The translations under genes and the position numbers were made by a program. The notes beneath the pieces were generated by a model. That model saw only the letters and a list, made by a program, of their open reading frames with translations. It did not search any database and was not told the origin of the DNA. From NCBI GenBank assembly GCA_963816395.1, contig CAWFKQ010000016.1:448001-512000 (forward strand): DNA of 64,000 bases. Direction: 5' to 3'. This DNA is from an uncultured delta proteobacterium (GTDB lineage Bacteria > Desulfobacterota > Desulfuromonadia > Desulfuromonadales > JACZKF01). Shown piece after piece: positions 53,799 through 63,793 of this stretch (its first letter is position 1; each line of letters begins with the position of its first letter).

Positions 53799-54344
53799 GT
53801 GCTGCAAATCATCATTCACGGCAGAGGCGGCCAGGGAGCCCAGCTGGCCGGAACCATGCTGGCGGAAATGTTCTTCCAGGAAGGCCGGCATGTCCTGGCC
53901 TATGCCACCTATGGCGGGGCTCGCCGGGGAACGCTGGTCAGTTCGTCCCTGCGGGTGGACGAGAAGCCGATCCGGATGCGCTGCGACATCGACACCCCGG
54001 ATGCCATCGTCTGCTTTGACCCGAGTCTTCTGGCCATGACCCACCTGCTGCAGGTGGCCGCGGAGAAGACTCTGGTCCTGATCAACTCATCCCTTCCTGC
54101 GGAAGAGTTCAGCAAGCTGGGCAGATTCAAGGTGATGACGATCGACGCGCGGGCCATCGCCAGGGAAAACCAGCTGGCGAGGATCGTCAATACCACCCTG
54201 GTCGGCGCTTTGCTGGGCCATCTGGGCTACGGCAATCTCGATCTGCTGAAAAAGGTGATCGGCGAGACCAGCCCGGTCAAGGCCGAAAGCAATGTGGCGG
54301 CCTGCCTGGAAGGGTATCGCCTGGCCAGGGAAGGGGGCTGCTAG
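53799..54344 (+). CDS. 2-oxoacid:acceptor oxidoreductase gamma subunit (PadE-like)
   Basis: HGRGGQGA, YGGARRG, NTTLVGA. Confidence 0.92.
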   Translation: MLQIIIHGRGGQGAQLAGTMLAEMFFQEGRHVLAYATYGGARRGTLVSSSLRVDEKPIRMRCDIDTPDAIVCFDPSLLAMTHLLQVAAEKTLVLINSSLPAEEFSKLGRFKVMTIDARAIARENQLARIVNTTLVGALLGHLGYGNLDLLKKVIGETSPVKAESNVAACLEGYRLAREGGC

Positions 54345-56014
54345 ATGGCGACTGCAAGCAAGAGGGTTCCGTCGATCTGGACCACGGGGTGGACGGAGGT
54401 CCTGAATACGGGAACCTGGCGAAACGCCATTGCCGTACATCAGAAGCGGCCGGCGCCCTGCCATGGCGCCTGCCCCGTCGATGGCGAGATTCCGGTGTGG
54501 GTCCGGCAGGTGCGCGAGGCAGACCTGCAGGGGGCCTGGCAGACTCTGGTCGAGAACAATCCGCTGCCTGCCACCATCGGCCGCACCTGTCATCACCCCT
54601 GTGAAAAGAAGTGCAACCGGGGGGAATATGACGGCGCCGTGGCCATCAATGCCCTGGAGCAATTCGTCGGCGACACGGCGATCCGCGAGGGATGGGCGCT
54701 GGCACCCGCCGCGGCCGAGCGGCCGCAGAAGGTGGCGGTGATCGGCGGCGGCCCGGCCGGGCTCTCCTGCGCCTACCAGCTGCGGCGCCAGGGGTTTCAG
54801 GTGGCCATCTACGACGCCAACCCGGAGCTGGGCGGCGTGCTGCGCTACGGCGTCCCCGAATACCGCCTGCCCAAGGGGGTGCTTGCCGACGAGGTCCAGC
54901 GGATCGTCGATCTGGGCGTTGAGGTGTACGCCTCGCGCAGCATCAGCGCCGCGGATCTGCCGATGCTGGAGCGGCAGTATGCGGCCGTTTTTATCGCCTT
55001 CGGCGCCCCCCGGCCCAAGCGACTGCCGCAGCTGCCGAAAAACGACGGCCGGGTGCTGGACGGGCTCGCCTTCTTGCGCAGCATCCGGGTGGGCGCCCCG
55101 CTGCCCCTGGGGCCGCGGGTCGTGGTCATCGGCGGCGGCAGCGTGGCCATGGATGTGGCCGGCTCGGTCCTGAGGCTGGGGCGCCAGGTCAGGCTTCTGT
55201 CACTGGAAGGCAGAGAGGTCATGCCCGCCCCCGAAGAGGAGATCGTCGATGTCCTTGACGAAGGCGCGCTGCTGTGTGACGCCGCCATGGTCAAGGCGCG
55301 TCGAGGCGTCCCGGGAGGCATTGCGGCTGCGCTGCGTCAAGGTCGATCTCGACCCCGAAGCGCCCCCCGGCGTGCTCCGCCCCCTGGAGATCGGGGGGAG
55401 CGATTTCTCCCTCGACGCCGAGACGGTCATCCTGGCGGTCGGCCAGGACCCGACTCTGGCCGATTGGGAGGGCTGCCTCCGAGTCAGCCAGTCGCTGGTC
55501 GTCGTCGACGGCGACTACATGACCAGTCGCCGCGGGCTCTTTGCCGCAGGCGACGTCGCCAGCGCCGAGCGTTTCGTCTCCACCGCCATCGGCGACGGGA
55601 AGCGGGCCGCCACCGCCATTGCCCGCTACCTCGACAGGCAGGATGCGCACTCGCCGGCAGCCGGCGACGGCGCCCCGGAGGTCGACTTCGCCGACATCAA
55701 CACCTTCTACTTCCCCCATCGGGAGCGCGCCGAGCGGCATAAGGTCCCCTCGCCGAGCCGGGCGGCCGACTTCCGGGAGATCAAGCGGGGTTTTGCCGCC
55801 GAAGCAGGCGCAGGCGCAGGCCGAGCGCTGCTTCAGCTGCGGCGCCTGCGTGGAATGCGACAACTGCCTCTACTTCTGTCCCGACATGGCCATCGTGAAA
55901 GACTCCGGCTCGCCCGTGCATTACGGGGTGCTCGACCAGTACTGCAAAGGGTGCGGCTGCTGCCTGGAGGAATGCCCCCGGGGAGCGATGGGCGTCAAGG
56001 AGGAAACCAAATGA
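54345..56014 (+). CDS. GltD-like FAD/NAD(P) oxidoreductase fused to a delta-type 2x[4Fe-4S] domain, frameshifts near 55300 and 55800
   Basis: NTGTWR, PCHGACP, GRTCHHPCE..C, IGGGPAG, IGGGSVA, FAAGD, then CFSCGACVECDNC..FCPD and YCKGCGCCLEECP. Confidence 0.85.
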
Positions 56015-57168
56015 GTTCGGAACGTACCAGGATGCTTCTCAGCGGCAATCATGCCGTCTCCTATGCGGTCAAGGTGGCCCGGCCCAACGTGATTCCCGTC
56101 TATCCGATCACGCCCCAGACGCCGATCCTGGAGAAAATCACCGATTTTCAGGCCAGCGGCGAAATGTCGGCGGAGGTCATGACCATGGAGTCGGAGCATT
56201 CCGCCATGGCCGCCGCCATCACGGCGTCCCTGACCGGGGTGCGGGTCTTCACCGCCACGGCCTCCCAGGGCCTGCTGCTGATGCACGAGATGCTGCACTA
56301 TGCGGCCGGCGCCCGCGCCCCTATCGTCATGGCCAACGTCAACCGGACGCTCGGCTCGCCCTGGGGGTTCTGGCCCGACCAGACCGACAGCCTGGCGCAG
56401 AGGGATGTCGGCTGGATCCAGTACTACTGCGAAAACGGGCAGGAATCCCACGACACCACCCTGCAGGCCTTTCGGGTGGCCGAACAGGTCCTGCTCCCCG
56501 CCATGGTCATCCACGAGGCCTTCTACGTTTCCCATGCCCTGGAGGCGGTCGAGGTCGTCCCCCAGCAGGTGGTCGACCAGTACCTGCCCCCCTTCGACCC
56601 GCCGCACCGCCTCGACCCGGCGATCGGCGAATCCTGGGGCAACACCGTCTCCCAGGTCATGTTTCAGAACCATCGCCGGGACATGGGCGAGGCGATGGAG
56701 CAGGTGGTCGAGGTCGCCGAGCGGGCCGACCGGGAACTGCGGGAACTGGTCGGGCGGGGTTACGGCATCGTCGAGCGCTACCAGTATGCAGATGCCCGGT
56801 TCGTCATCGTCACCATGGGGAGCATGACCGGAACCGCCCGGGACGCCGTCGATGACCTGCGCGCCGAGGGGATCCCGGTCGGTCTGCTCAAGATCCGGCT
56901 GTTCCGGCCATTTCCCTCGGCGGCGGTGCGCCAGGCGCTCGCCGGCGTCGCCAAGGCCGTGGTTCTCGACCGGAATTTTGCCCCCGGCACCGGCGGCGTG
57001 CTCTTCCAGGAACTCAAGGCCGCCCTCTACGGCATGGCAGGGGCGCCGGAGATGCACGGCTACCTGGCGGGGGTCGGCGGGACCAGCATCTCGCCGGCGG
57101 CCATCAAGGAAATGCTCCGCGGCGCCCTCGCGGAGTCGCCGGCGGTCAATTCGGTATGGAAAGGGTGA
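56011..57168 (+). CDS. 2-oxoacid:acceptor oxidoreductase alpha subunit (PorA/PadG-like)
   Basis: YPITPQT, ESEHSA, TATASQGL, IRLFRPFP. Confidence 0.92.
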   Translation: MSSERTRMLLSGNHAVSYAVKVARPNVIPVYPITPQTPILEKITDFQASGEMSAEVMTMESEHSAMAAAITASLTGVRVFTATASQGLLLMHEMLHYAAGARAPIVMANVNRTLGSPWGFWPDQTDSLAQRDVGWIQYYCENGQESHDTTLQAFRVAEQVLLPAMVIHEAFYVSHALEAVEVVPQQVVDQYLPPFDPPHRLDPAIGESWGNTVSQVMFQNHRRDMGEAMEQVVEVAERADRELRELVGRGYGIVERYQYADARFVIVTMGSMTGTARDAVDDLRAEGIPVGLLKIRLFRPFPSAAVRQALAGVAKAVVLDRNFAPGTGGVLFQELKAALYGMAGAPEMHGYLAGVGGTSISPAAIKEMLRGALAESPAVNSVWKG

Positions 57169-57175
57169 GGAGCAG

Positions 57176-58084
57176 ATGAGTTACCAGATAGCAGAGCAGA
57201 AAGTGTTCAATTCCGGCCACAGTGCCTGTCCCGGCTGCAGCGAGGCCCTGGCCATCCGCTTCATTCTCAATACCCTGGGACCCGATACGATCGCGGTGGT
57301 GCCCCCCTCCTGCATCGCCATCATCTCCGGGCCGCAGCCGCTGAGCTCCATGCGGATCCCCGTCTATCAGACCACCCTGGAAGCCAGCGCCGCCTCCGCC
57401 GCGGGCATCAAGAGAGCCCTGGTGGCAAAGGGGAACCACCATACCAGTGTCGTGGCCATCGCGGGGGATGGCGGAACCTACGATATCGGTTTTCAGGCTC
57501 TCTCCTCGGCGGCCGAGCGCCAGGAGGACATCATCTACATCTGCCTCGACAATGAAGGGTATATGAACACGGGCAGCCAGAAGAGCTCGGCGACCCCATC
57601 CCTTGCCTTTACCACCTCGACCCCGGCCGGCAAGCCGACCCCGAAGAAGAATGTCGCGGAAATCATGGCCGCCCACAATATCCCCTATGTGGCGACGGCC
57701 ACCACCGGCTACCCCGACGATCTGGCGCGAAAAGTCGCCCGCGCCATGGAGATCAAGGGGGGGCTGCGCTTTATCGTGGTGCTGACCCCCTGCCTGGACG
57801 GCTGGGGGATTCCCGACAACGCCGGCCCCAAGATCTCGCGGCTGGCCGTGGAATCGGGGATTTTCCCGCTGTATGAGGTCGAAAACGGGGAGCGCTACAC
57901 CCTCAGCCATGGACCAAAGGGGGTGGCCCTGGCCGACTATCTCTCCAGACAAAAACGCTATCAGCACCTGTCCCGGGAAGACGTGGATTTCCTGCAACAG
58001 GAGGTCGACCGCAACTGGCAGAGACTGCAGCCGAAGTTTTCGGCTGCCAGGGCTGACGGCGCAGGCCATGAACCGAGGGCGTGA
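57176..58084 (+). CDS. 2-oxoacid:acceptor oxidoreductase beta (TPP) subunit (PorB/PadI-like)
   Basis: GHSACPGC, AGDGGTYDIG...DNEGYMNTG.Q, TPC. Confidence 0.92.
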   Translation: MSYQIAEQKVFNSGHSACPGCSEALAIRFILNTLGPDTIAVVPPSCIAIISGPQPLSSMRIPVYQTTLEASAASAAGIKRALVAKGNHHTSVVAIAGDGGTYDIGFQALSSAAERQEDIIYICLDNEGYMNTGSQKSSATPSLAFTTSTPAGKPTPKKNVAEIMAAHNIPYVATATTGYPDDLARKVARAMEIKGGLRFIVVLTPCLDGWGIPDNAGPKISRLAVESGIFPLYEVENGERYTLSHGPKGVALADYLSRQKRYQHLSREDVDFLQQEVDRNWQRLQPKFSAARADGAGHEPRA

Positions 58085-58169
58085 AGTTGATAATCGCTGC
58101 AGCTGGTCGCTTCGGCGCCCACCGCAGAGGAATCGTTTTCAACAACCTTTACCAGACAGGAGTTGAGTC

Positions 58170-58961
58170 ATGTACAAGTCGAATTCTTCACAGGGTTTGT
58201 CGCAGGTACTCGGCGGTCTCGCGGAGGGGAGCCTCAAGGTGGTCGATCTGACGCAGCCGCTGGGTGAAAACACCCCGGTGATCGCCCTTCCCCCCGAATT
58301 TGCCCAGTCCCCAGGCTTCTCCCGGGAGGTGATTTCCAGGTACGACGAGCGGGGGCCGGGCTGGTTCTGGCACACCATCCATGTCGGCGAGCATACCGGG
58401 ACCCATTTCGATGCCCCCGGCCACTGGGTGACGGGCAAGGATCTGCCGGATAACACCCTCGAGGCCATTCCCGCCGGCAAGCTGGTCGGCCCGGTCTGCG
58501 TCATCGACACCAGCAAAGAGTCCGCCGCCGACCACGATTTTCTCCTGACCCCGGAATATATCCAGCAGTGGGAGCAGGAACACGGCCGGATTCCCGCAGG
58601 TTCATGGGTGCTCATGCGCACCGACTGGTCAAAGCGCACCGATGCCGATGCCTTCCTCAATCTGCAGGAGGACGGCTCCCATTGCCCGGGGCCGAGCGCA
58701 GAGTGCATTCGCTTCCTGATCGGGCGTGACGTGCGCGGGTTCGGTACCGAGACCGTAGGGACCGATGCCGGCCAGGCGCATCTCTTCGACCCCATGTTTC
58801 CCTGCCATCATCTGATGCATGGGGCGGGCAAGTTCGGCTTGGCCAGCCTCTGCAACCTCGATCAAGTGCCGGCCACCGGGGCGATGCTCATCGCCGCGCC
58901 CATGAAGATCGTTGGCGGATCGGGCAGCCCGGTCCGGGTATTTGCCCTTGCACAGGTTTAA
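58170..58961 (+). CDS. Cyclase-family metallo-amidohydrolase, isatin hydrolase-like
   Basis: GEHTGTHFDAP.HW.TGKD, SKESAAD.DFLLT, RTDW, PGP, GTDAGQA, FP.H, GLASL.NLD; closely follows the Labrenzia isatin hydrolase sequence as remembered. Confidence 0.8.
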   Translation: MYKSNSSQGLSQVLGGLAEGSLKVVDLTQPLGENTPVIALPPEFAQSPGFSREVISRYDERGPGWFWHTIHVGEHTGTHFDAPGHWVTGKDLPDNTLEAIPAGKLVGPVCVIDTSKESAADHDFLLTPEYIQQWEQEHGRIPAGSWVLMRTDWSKRTDADAFLNLQEDGSHCPGPSAECIRFLIGRDVRGFGTETVGTDAGQAHLFDPMFPCHHLMHGAGKFGLASLCNLDQVPATGAMLIAAPMKIVGGSGSPVRVFALAQV

Positions 58962-59134
58962 TTTGAGTATCGGATTGACGGCATTCGGAAACCGCGCAAT
59001 ATGGCGGGGCTGAGAGTGGCGCTGTTTCGACCTTCAGCCCGGCCATCTGAAAATAACCGGAAGAGGATGGCCGTTAGCTGGGGGTCGGTATGGCTCCTCC
59101 TAGCGGTCAGGCAGCCTGGAAGGGGTTGGCGTAA

Positions 59135-61047
59135 ATGAGGTACGCAGAGACAGGGTTCAACCTGGAAATTGACCTATCCCGAGGAAATATCGAGAGGGTA
59201 GCAACCGACCCGAATTTGACCAGGCTTCATCTGGGAGGGCAGGGGACGGCCGCGAAGATATTATGGGACAGGGTTCCTCCTGAAGTCGATCCCTTTTCTC
59301 CCGATAATCTGCTTATCTTCAGCACCGGTCTGCTGCATGGCACGCCTCGTGCCCGGGGCCAATCGTACCTCTGTCGATACCTTTTCTCCTCAGACAGGCC
59401 GGTATTCACATTCATTATTTGGCGGGTTTTTCGGACCCGAGCTGAAACATGCCGGTTACGACAAAATCGTCCTTCGCGGCAAGGCGCCCAGTCTGGTCTA
59501 CTTGTACATCCACAACGACAAGGTTGAAATCCGCGATGCCGGCCATCTTCAGGGGAAAGGCGCCTCGGAGACCGCTGCGCTCCTGAAAGAGGAGCTGAAG
59601 GACCCCGGAGTCCAGGTCGCCGCCATCGGCCTGGCGGGAGAAAACCGGGTCTATATGGCTTCCATCGAGCATGCCAACTCCAGCGCTTCTCGGGGGGTAG
59701 GCGTGATCATGGGAGATAAAAGGTTAAAAGCGATCGTTGTCCGAGGCACCAGGGACCTCAGTATCGCCCGGCCGGCCGAACTGTATCCCGATCTGCATCC
59801 GCATGGTCAGGGAAATCTATGAGAATCCAGATGCCGGGGATACCATGGCCCATGGGGAGGGGGACGAGTTCCACGTCGATAATTTCGCCTGGGGCAATGC
59901 GCGGGGGCGGAGAAAAGAATTTCTGGAACAAGGAACGGGAAGAGAATTGGGCTGGCGCTTGAAAACAGGCTGCGCCTTCGCTGGACGGGCTGCTATAACT
60001 GCCCGAAGGATTGCCATCAGGCGATCAACTACCCGGGGCGGCGGCCGTATTTCCAAAAATGCTACAGTAAGCTGACCTATGCGATGGCGGCCTATGAAGA
60101 ACTCGATTTTAATTACAACATAATCGGCATTACCCAGGAATACGGATTGGACGCCTACTCAACGCCGCAAGTCATGGCCTTTGCCATAGAGCTATACGAA
60201 GCCGGCATTCTGACTGACCAGGACCTGCCGGATTTTCCGGCCGACGGCGCGGAGAGATTTTTCTACCTGGTGGAAAAAATTGTTCGGCGGGAAGGGATTG
60301 GAGATATCTTAGCCAACGGCGTTTATTGGGCGGCCCGTCAGATTGGCAGGGGCGCGGAAGAATATGATCATAATACCATCAAGAAATTTGAGCAGGTGCC
60401 GATCAAGCTGGGTATGATCAATTATCCTTATTTCCTGATGTATGCCACCGGTGAGAAGATGAACATCACCCAGATTGAAGGGTCCTACCCCCAGATGCCC
60501 ATTGCCTGATCTGCAGGAGAGGAAAAAGTTTGTTGAAAATTGGGACGCAGCTCCTGAAAGGTTTAAAAAGTGGTTTTTGGAATGGGAGCCACGCCAACAT
60601 CCCTCTATAGAGGCGTCGGTGAACATCTGTGATTGGAATGAGACCATGCATTACGTGGATGACGCCATCGGCACCTGCGCCTTTCTGTCATCATTCAGAG
60701 GTCAGTTTGGCGGCAGACCCCCCTACCACATTTATAATCTGCCCGAGATTATTTCGCTTGCGACCGGGATGGATCTCGATACAGACGGGCTCTGGGAAAT
60801 AGCCAGCAGGAACCGAAACCTGATAAGAGCCATCAATGTGAGAAGAGGCTTGAGAAGAAGTGACGAGAAGCCGCCTGCCGACCATTGGAAGAAAAGAGAT
60901 CCCGAGATGGAAACCAAGCTGCTTGACGCGTACTATGAATTTAAGGGGTGGAATAATGAAGGTATCCCTACCAGGGAAACCCTGGACGCTCTGGCGTTGG
61001 ATTACGTGAGAGAAGATTTCGTGCAGGCGGGGATCTTGACGGCTTAA
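59135..61047 (+). CDS. BamB-like W-pterin enzyme (class II benzoyl-CoA reductase catalytic subunit paralogue), five apparent +1 frameshifts
   Basis: MRYAETG start, SSASRG, MGDK, FH.DNF.WGNAR.RRK, CYNCP..C...KCYSKLTY, GEK.NITQIEG, MHY.DDA.G.CA, PPYHI, RRG.RR.DE.PP..HW; ~635 aa after removing 5 nt. Confidence 0.8.
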
Positions 61048-61150
61048 CCGAGACCTCCGCTGGGGGGTGCTTTTGCGGGTTACCCGAGACAGTCCGGCTC
61101 TTTCTGCCACCCGCTATGACAGGACGATTTACTCGATAACAGGAGAGACG

Positions 61151-61600
61151 GTGAAAACGAAAAAGATTGATCACATTTGCATTGCCGTAAAGGATCTCGA
61201 GGCCGCTCGGAAGGTGTGGGAACCAGTCCTTGGCAAGATGGAACCAGACGACCCTTACATCGACGAGCCAGAGAAGATTCGCGTTGCCCGCTACTGGCTT
61301 GGTGGCGTCGGCTTCGAGCTGATGGAGTCAACAGTTCCCGATGGGCCGGTGGCCAAGTGGATCGAGAAAAATGGAGAGGGGGTTATGCTCATCAGCTTCA
61401 ATACTGAGAACACTCGCGAATCCATTCGGGAACTCGAGGAAAAAGGGTATCCCTTTATCCCCAGTCCCGAACCCCTCGCAGACGATCCCACCGGGAAAGC
61501 CAGACCCTTTCGCAACTGCGAGTTCGCCTTCATTCATCCCAGAAAGATGAATGGGGTTCTCCTCGAGGTCATCGATTACAAATGGAAGGAACTCGAATAA
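61151..61600 (+). CDS. VOC/glyoxalase-family protein (methylmalonyl-CoA epimerase-like)
   Basis: IDHICIAVKDL, FELME, GEG, FIHP..NGVLLE; AGGAG RBS plus GTG. Confidence 0.85.
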   Translation: MKTKKIDHICIAVKDLEAARKVWEPVLGKMEPDDPYIDEPEKIRVARYWLGGVGFELMESTVPDGPVAKWIEKNGEGVMLISFNTENTRESIRELEEKGYPFIPSPEPLADDPTGKARPFRNCEFAFIHPRKMNGVLLEVIDYKWKELE

Positions 61601-61624
61601 TTGTCGCTGGGGGTCAGCAACAGC

Positions 61625-61659
61625 AAAGAGGAGCTCCAACGCTGGAGCTCCTCTTTTTT
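61625..61659. terminator. Intrinsic terminator closing the plus-strand cassette
   Basis: AAAGAGGAGCTCCA-ACGC-TGGAGCTCCTCTTTTTT. Confidence 0.88.
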
Positions 61660-61709
61660 GCCTGCAGGGAGATGACAATAGATGCTGTCCTCTCCCACCT
61701 TCAACTTAA

Positions 61710-62906
61710 TTACACGCGCTCAACGATCGTTGCGATGCCCTGCCCGACGCCGATGCACAGCGACACCAGGCCATAACGCGATCCGCGGCGTTTCATCTCA
61801 TGGACCAGCGTCGCCGTGATGCGCGCACCTGTCGATCCGAGGGGGTGGCCCATGGCGATGGAGCCGCCGTTGACATTCACTTTCGCGGGGTCTATTCCCA
61901 ACTCGCGGATGCAGGGGATGGATTGGGCGGCGAAAGCTTCGTTCAACTCGAAAAGATCAATGTCCGAAATCTTCAGCCCAGCGCGCGCCAATACTTTCTG
62001 GGTGGCGGGGATGGGCCCCAGGCCCATGAACGATGGATCACAGCCGGCGACCGCACTCGCCACCACTCGCACGAGCGGCTTGTAGCCCAGGCGCTTCGCG
62101 GTCGCGGCTTCCATCAGCAGCACGGCAGCCGCACCGTCATTGATGCCGCTGGAATTGCCGGCGGTAACCGTTCCATCTTTTTTGAACGCGGGGCGCAACT
62201 TGGCAAGTTGCTCCATGGTCACATCGGGCCGCGGGAACTCGTCACGGTCGAAGATTATCGGATCCCCTTTCTTCTGCGGGATGGCAACGGGAACAAGTTC
62301 GTCCTTGAATTTCCCGGCAGCGTCCGCCTGGCCCCATTTTTGCTGGGTGGCAAAGGCAAATTCATCCTGCTCCAATCGGGTAAGGCCGTATTGCTGGGCG
62401 ACGTTCTCAGCGGTATCGCCCATGCCTTCTTTCGCGTACGCCGCCGTCATCTTCGGATTGGTAAAGCGCCAGCCAATCGTTGAATCAAAGACCTTGAAAT
62501 CGCGGGAAAAGGCGGATTCGGATTTGGCAACGACGAACGGCGCGCGGGTCATCGACTCGGTGCCGCCGGCGATGAACACCTCACCCTCGCCGAGCTTGAT
62601 CGCGTGTGCCGCACTGTTGATGGCATTCAAACCGGATGCGCACAGGCGATTGATCGTCTGGCCGGCGACCGAGTACGGCAGCCCCGCGAGCAATGCCGCC
62701 ATGCGCCCGACGTTGCGATTGTCATCCCCCGCCTGATTGGTGCAGCCCAGGACCACATCCTCGATCAGGCTGGCATCCAGATTATTGCGTTTGACGAGTT
62801 CCGCGATGCACAGCGCCGCCAGATCGTCCGAGCGTACATCTTTGAGCGCGCCGCCGAATCGTCCGACCGGGGTCCGTACGGCATCAATGATAACTGCTTC
62901 AGGCAT
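61710..62906 (-). CDS. Thiolase, PaaJ/PcaF-like (probable 3-oxopimeloyl-CoA thiolase)
   Basis: NQAGDDNRNV, INRLCASG, DSTIGWRF, NEAF, GHPLG, LCIGVGQG. Confidence 0.88.
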   Translation of the reverse strand: MPEAVIIDAVRTPVGRFGGALKDVRSDDLAALCIAELVKRNNLDASLIEDVVLGCTNQAGDDNRNVGRMAALLAGLPYSVAGQTINRLCASGLNAINSAAHAIKLGEGEVFIAGGTESMTRAPFVVAKSESAFSRDFKVFDSTIGWRFTNPKMTAAYAKEGMGDTAENVAQQYGLTRLEQDEFAFATQQKWGQADAAGKFKDELVPVAIPQKKGDPIIFDRDEFPRPDVTMEQLAKLRPAFKKDGTVTAGNSSGINDGAAAVLLMEAATAKRLGYKPLVRVVASAVAGCDPSFMGLGPIPATQKVLARAGLKISDIDLFELNEAFAAQSIPCIRELGIDPAKVNVNGGSIAMGHPLGSTGARITATLVHEMKRRGSRYGLVSLCIGVGQGIATIVERV

Positions 62907-62951
62907 TAGATCCTCCATTTACCTGGCCTAAAGTCCACCAGGGTTGCAAGT

Positions 62952-63695
62952 TTAGATGTATTGTCCGCCATCCACTTTGATCACTTCGCCGGTGATATGG
63001 CGCGCTTTTTCGGAACACAGGAAGGTGACCAGCCAGGCCACTTCTTCCGGCTGCCCCATGCGGCCCAGGACGATATCCGCAAGCGATTTCTGCTTTGCTT
63101 CTTCCGGCAAAGCCTTCATCATTTCTGTCTCGATCAGGCCCGGTGCGATGGCGTTGCAGTTCACGTTCGCCTTCGCCAGTTCGCGGGCGACGGTTTTGGT
63201 CAGGCCAATAATCCCGGCTTTGGCCGCCGAGTAGTTCGCTTGCCCGAATTTACCCCGCATGCCATTTATGGAAGTAACGTTGACGATTTTGCCGCTGCCC
63301 TGCTCCCGGAGCAAAGGCGCAACCGCGCGGATGTAGTTGAAGTAGCCCTTCAGATTGATGGCGAGAGCTTCGTCCCATTGCTCTTCAGTCATCTTCCAGA
63401 TGACCGCGTCGCGGTTAACGCCGGCATTGTTCACCAGAATGTCAACGCTGCCGAATTCCTTGACCACCTGGGCGACCATGTCCTGCGCATCTTTGAAGCT
63501 GGCCACATCCGCGCGAACCGCGATGGCGCGCCGCCCCATCTTCTGGATTTCTGCACAGATGGCGTTGGCTTCCGCGTCATGCTTGCGGTAATTGATCGCC
63601 ACGTTGGCGCCGTTCTTCGCCAGGTCGAGCGCGATCGCACTGCCAATACCAAGACTCGCGCCGGTCACGATAGCATTTTTTCCCTCGAGTTCCAT
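62952..63695 (-). CDS. SDR, FabG-like 3-oxoacyl-CoA reductase / 3-hydroxyacyl-CoA dehydrogenase
   Basis: TGASLGIG, NNAG, GQANYSAAK, VDGG. Confidence 0.9.
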   Translation of the reverse strand: MELEGKNAIVTGASLGIGSAIALDLAKNGANVAINYRKHDAEANAICAEIQKMGRRAIAVRADVASFKDAQDMVAQVVKEFGSVDILVNNAGVNRDAVIWKMTEEQWDEALAINLKGYFNYIRAVAPLLREQGSGKIVNVTSINGMRGKFGQANYSAAKAGIIGLTKTVARELAKANVNCNAIAPGLIETEMMKALPEEAKQKSLADIVLGRMGQPEEVAWLVTFLCSEKARHITGEVIKVDGGQYI

Positions 63696-63793
63696 TTCTC
63701 CTCCTTTTAAGCCTATTTGGGGTGGGTAGAACTGCCTTGAACGATTTTTTTCAGGGGATGGCCGATGGCGGCCGAAATCATTTTATGCAAATT

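Noticed and set aside
48762..58084. Ordinary phenylacetate (pad) cluster or formate dehydrogenase
   Set aside because: No phenylacetate-CoA ligase, an isatin-hydrolase-like gene in the operon, shared control with an XDH enzyme, and no FDH active-site motif recognised. Disfavoured, not disproven.
58170..58961. Kynurenine formamidase (kynB)
   Set aside because: Length and motifs fit the isatin-hydrolase subgroup better; no kynA or kynU nearby.
59135..61047. Programmed frameshifting or selenocysteine recoding
   Set aside because: Breaks are scattered single-base insertions without slippery sites; the TGA near 59960 is not at a Cys position and disappears on frame correction.
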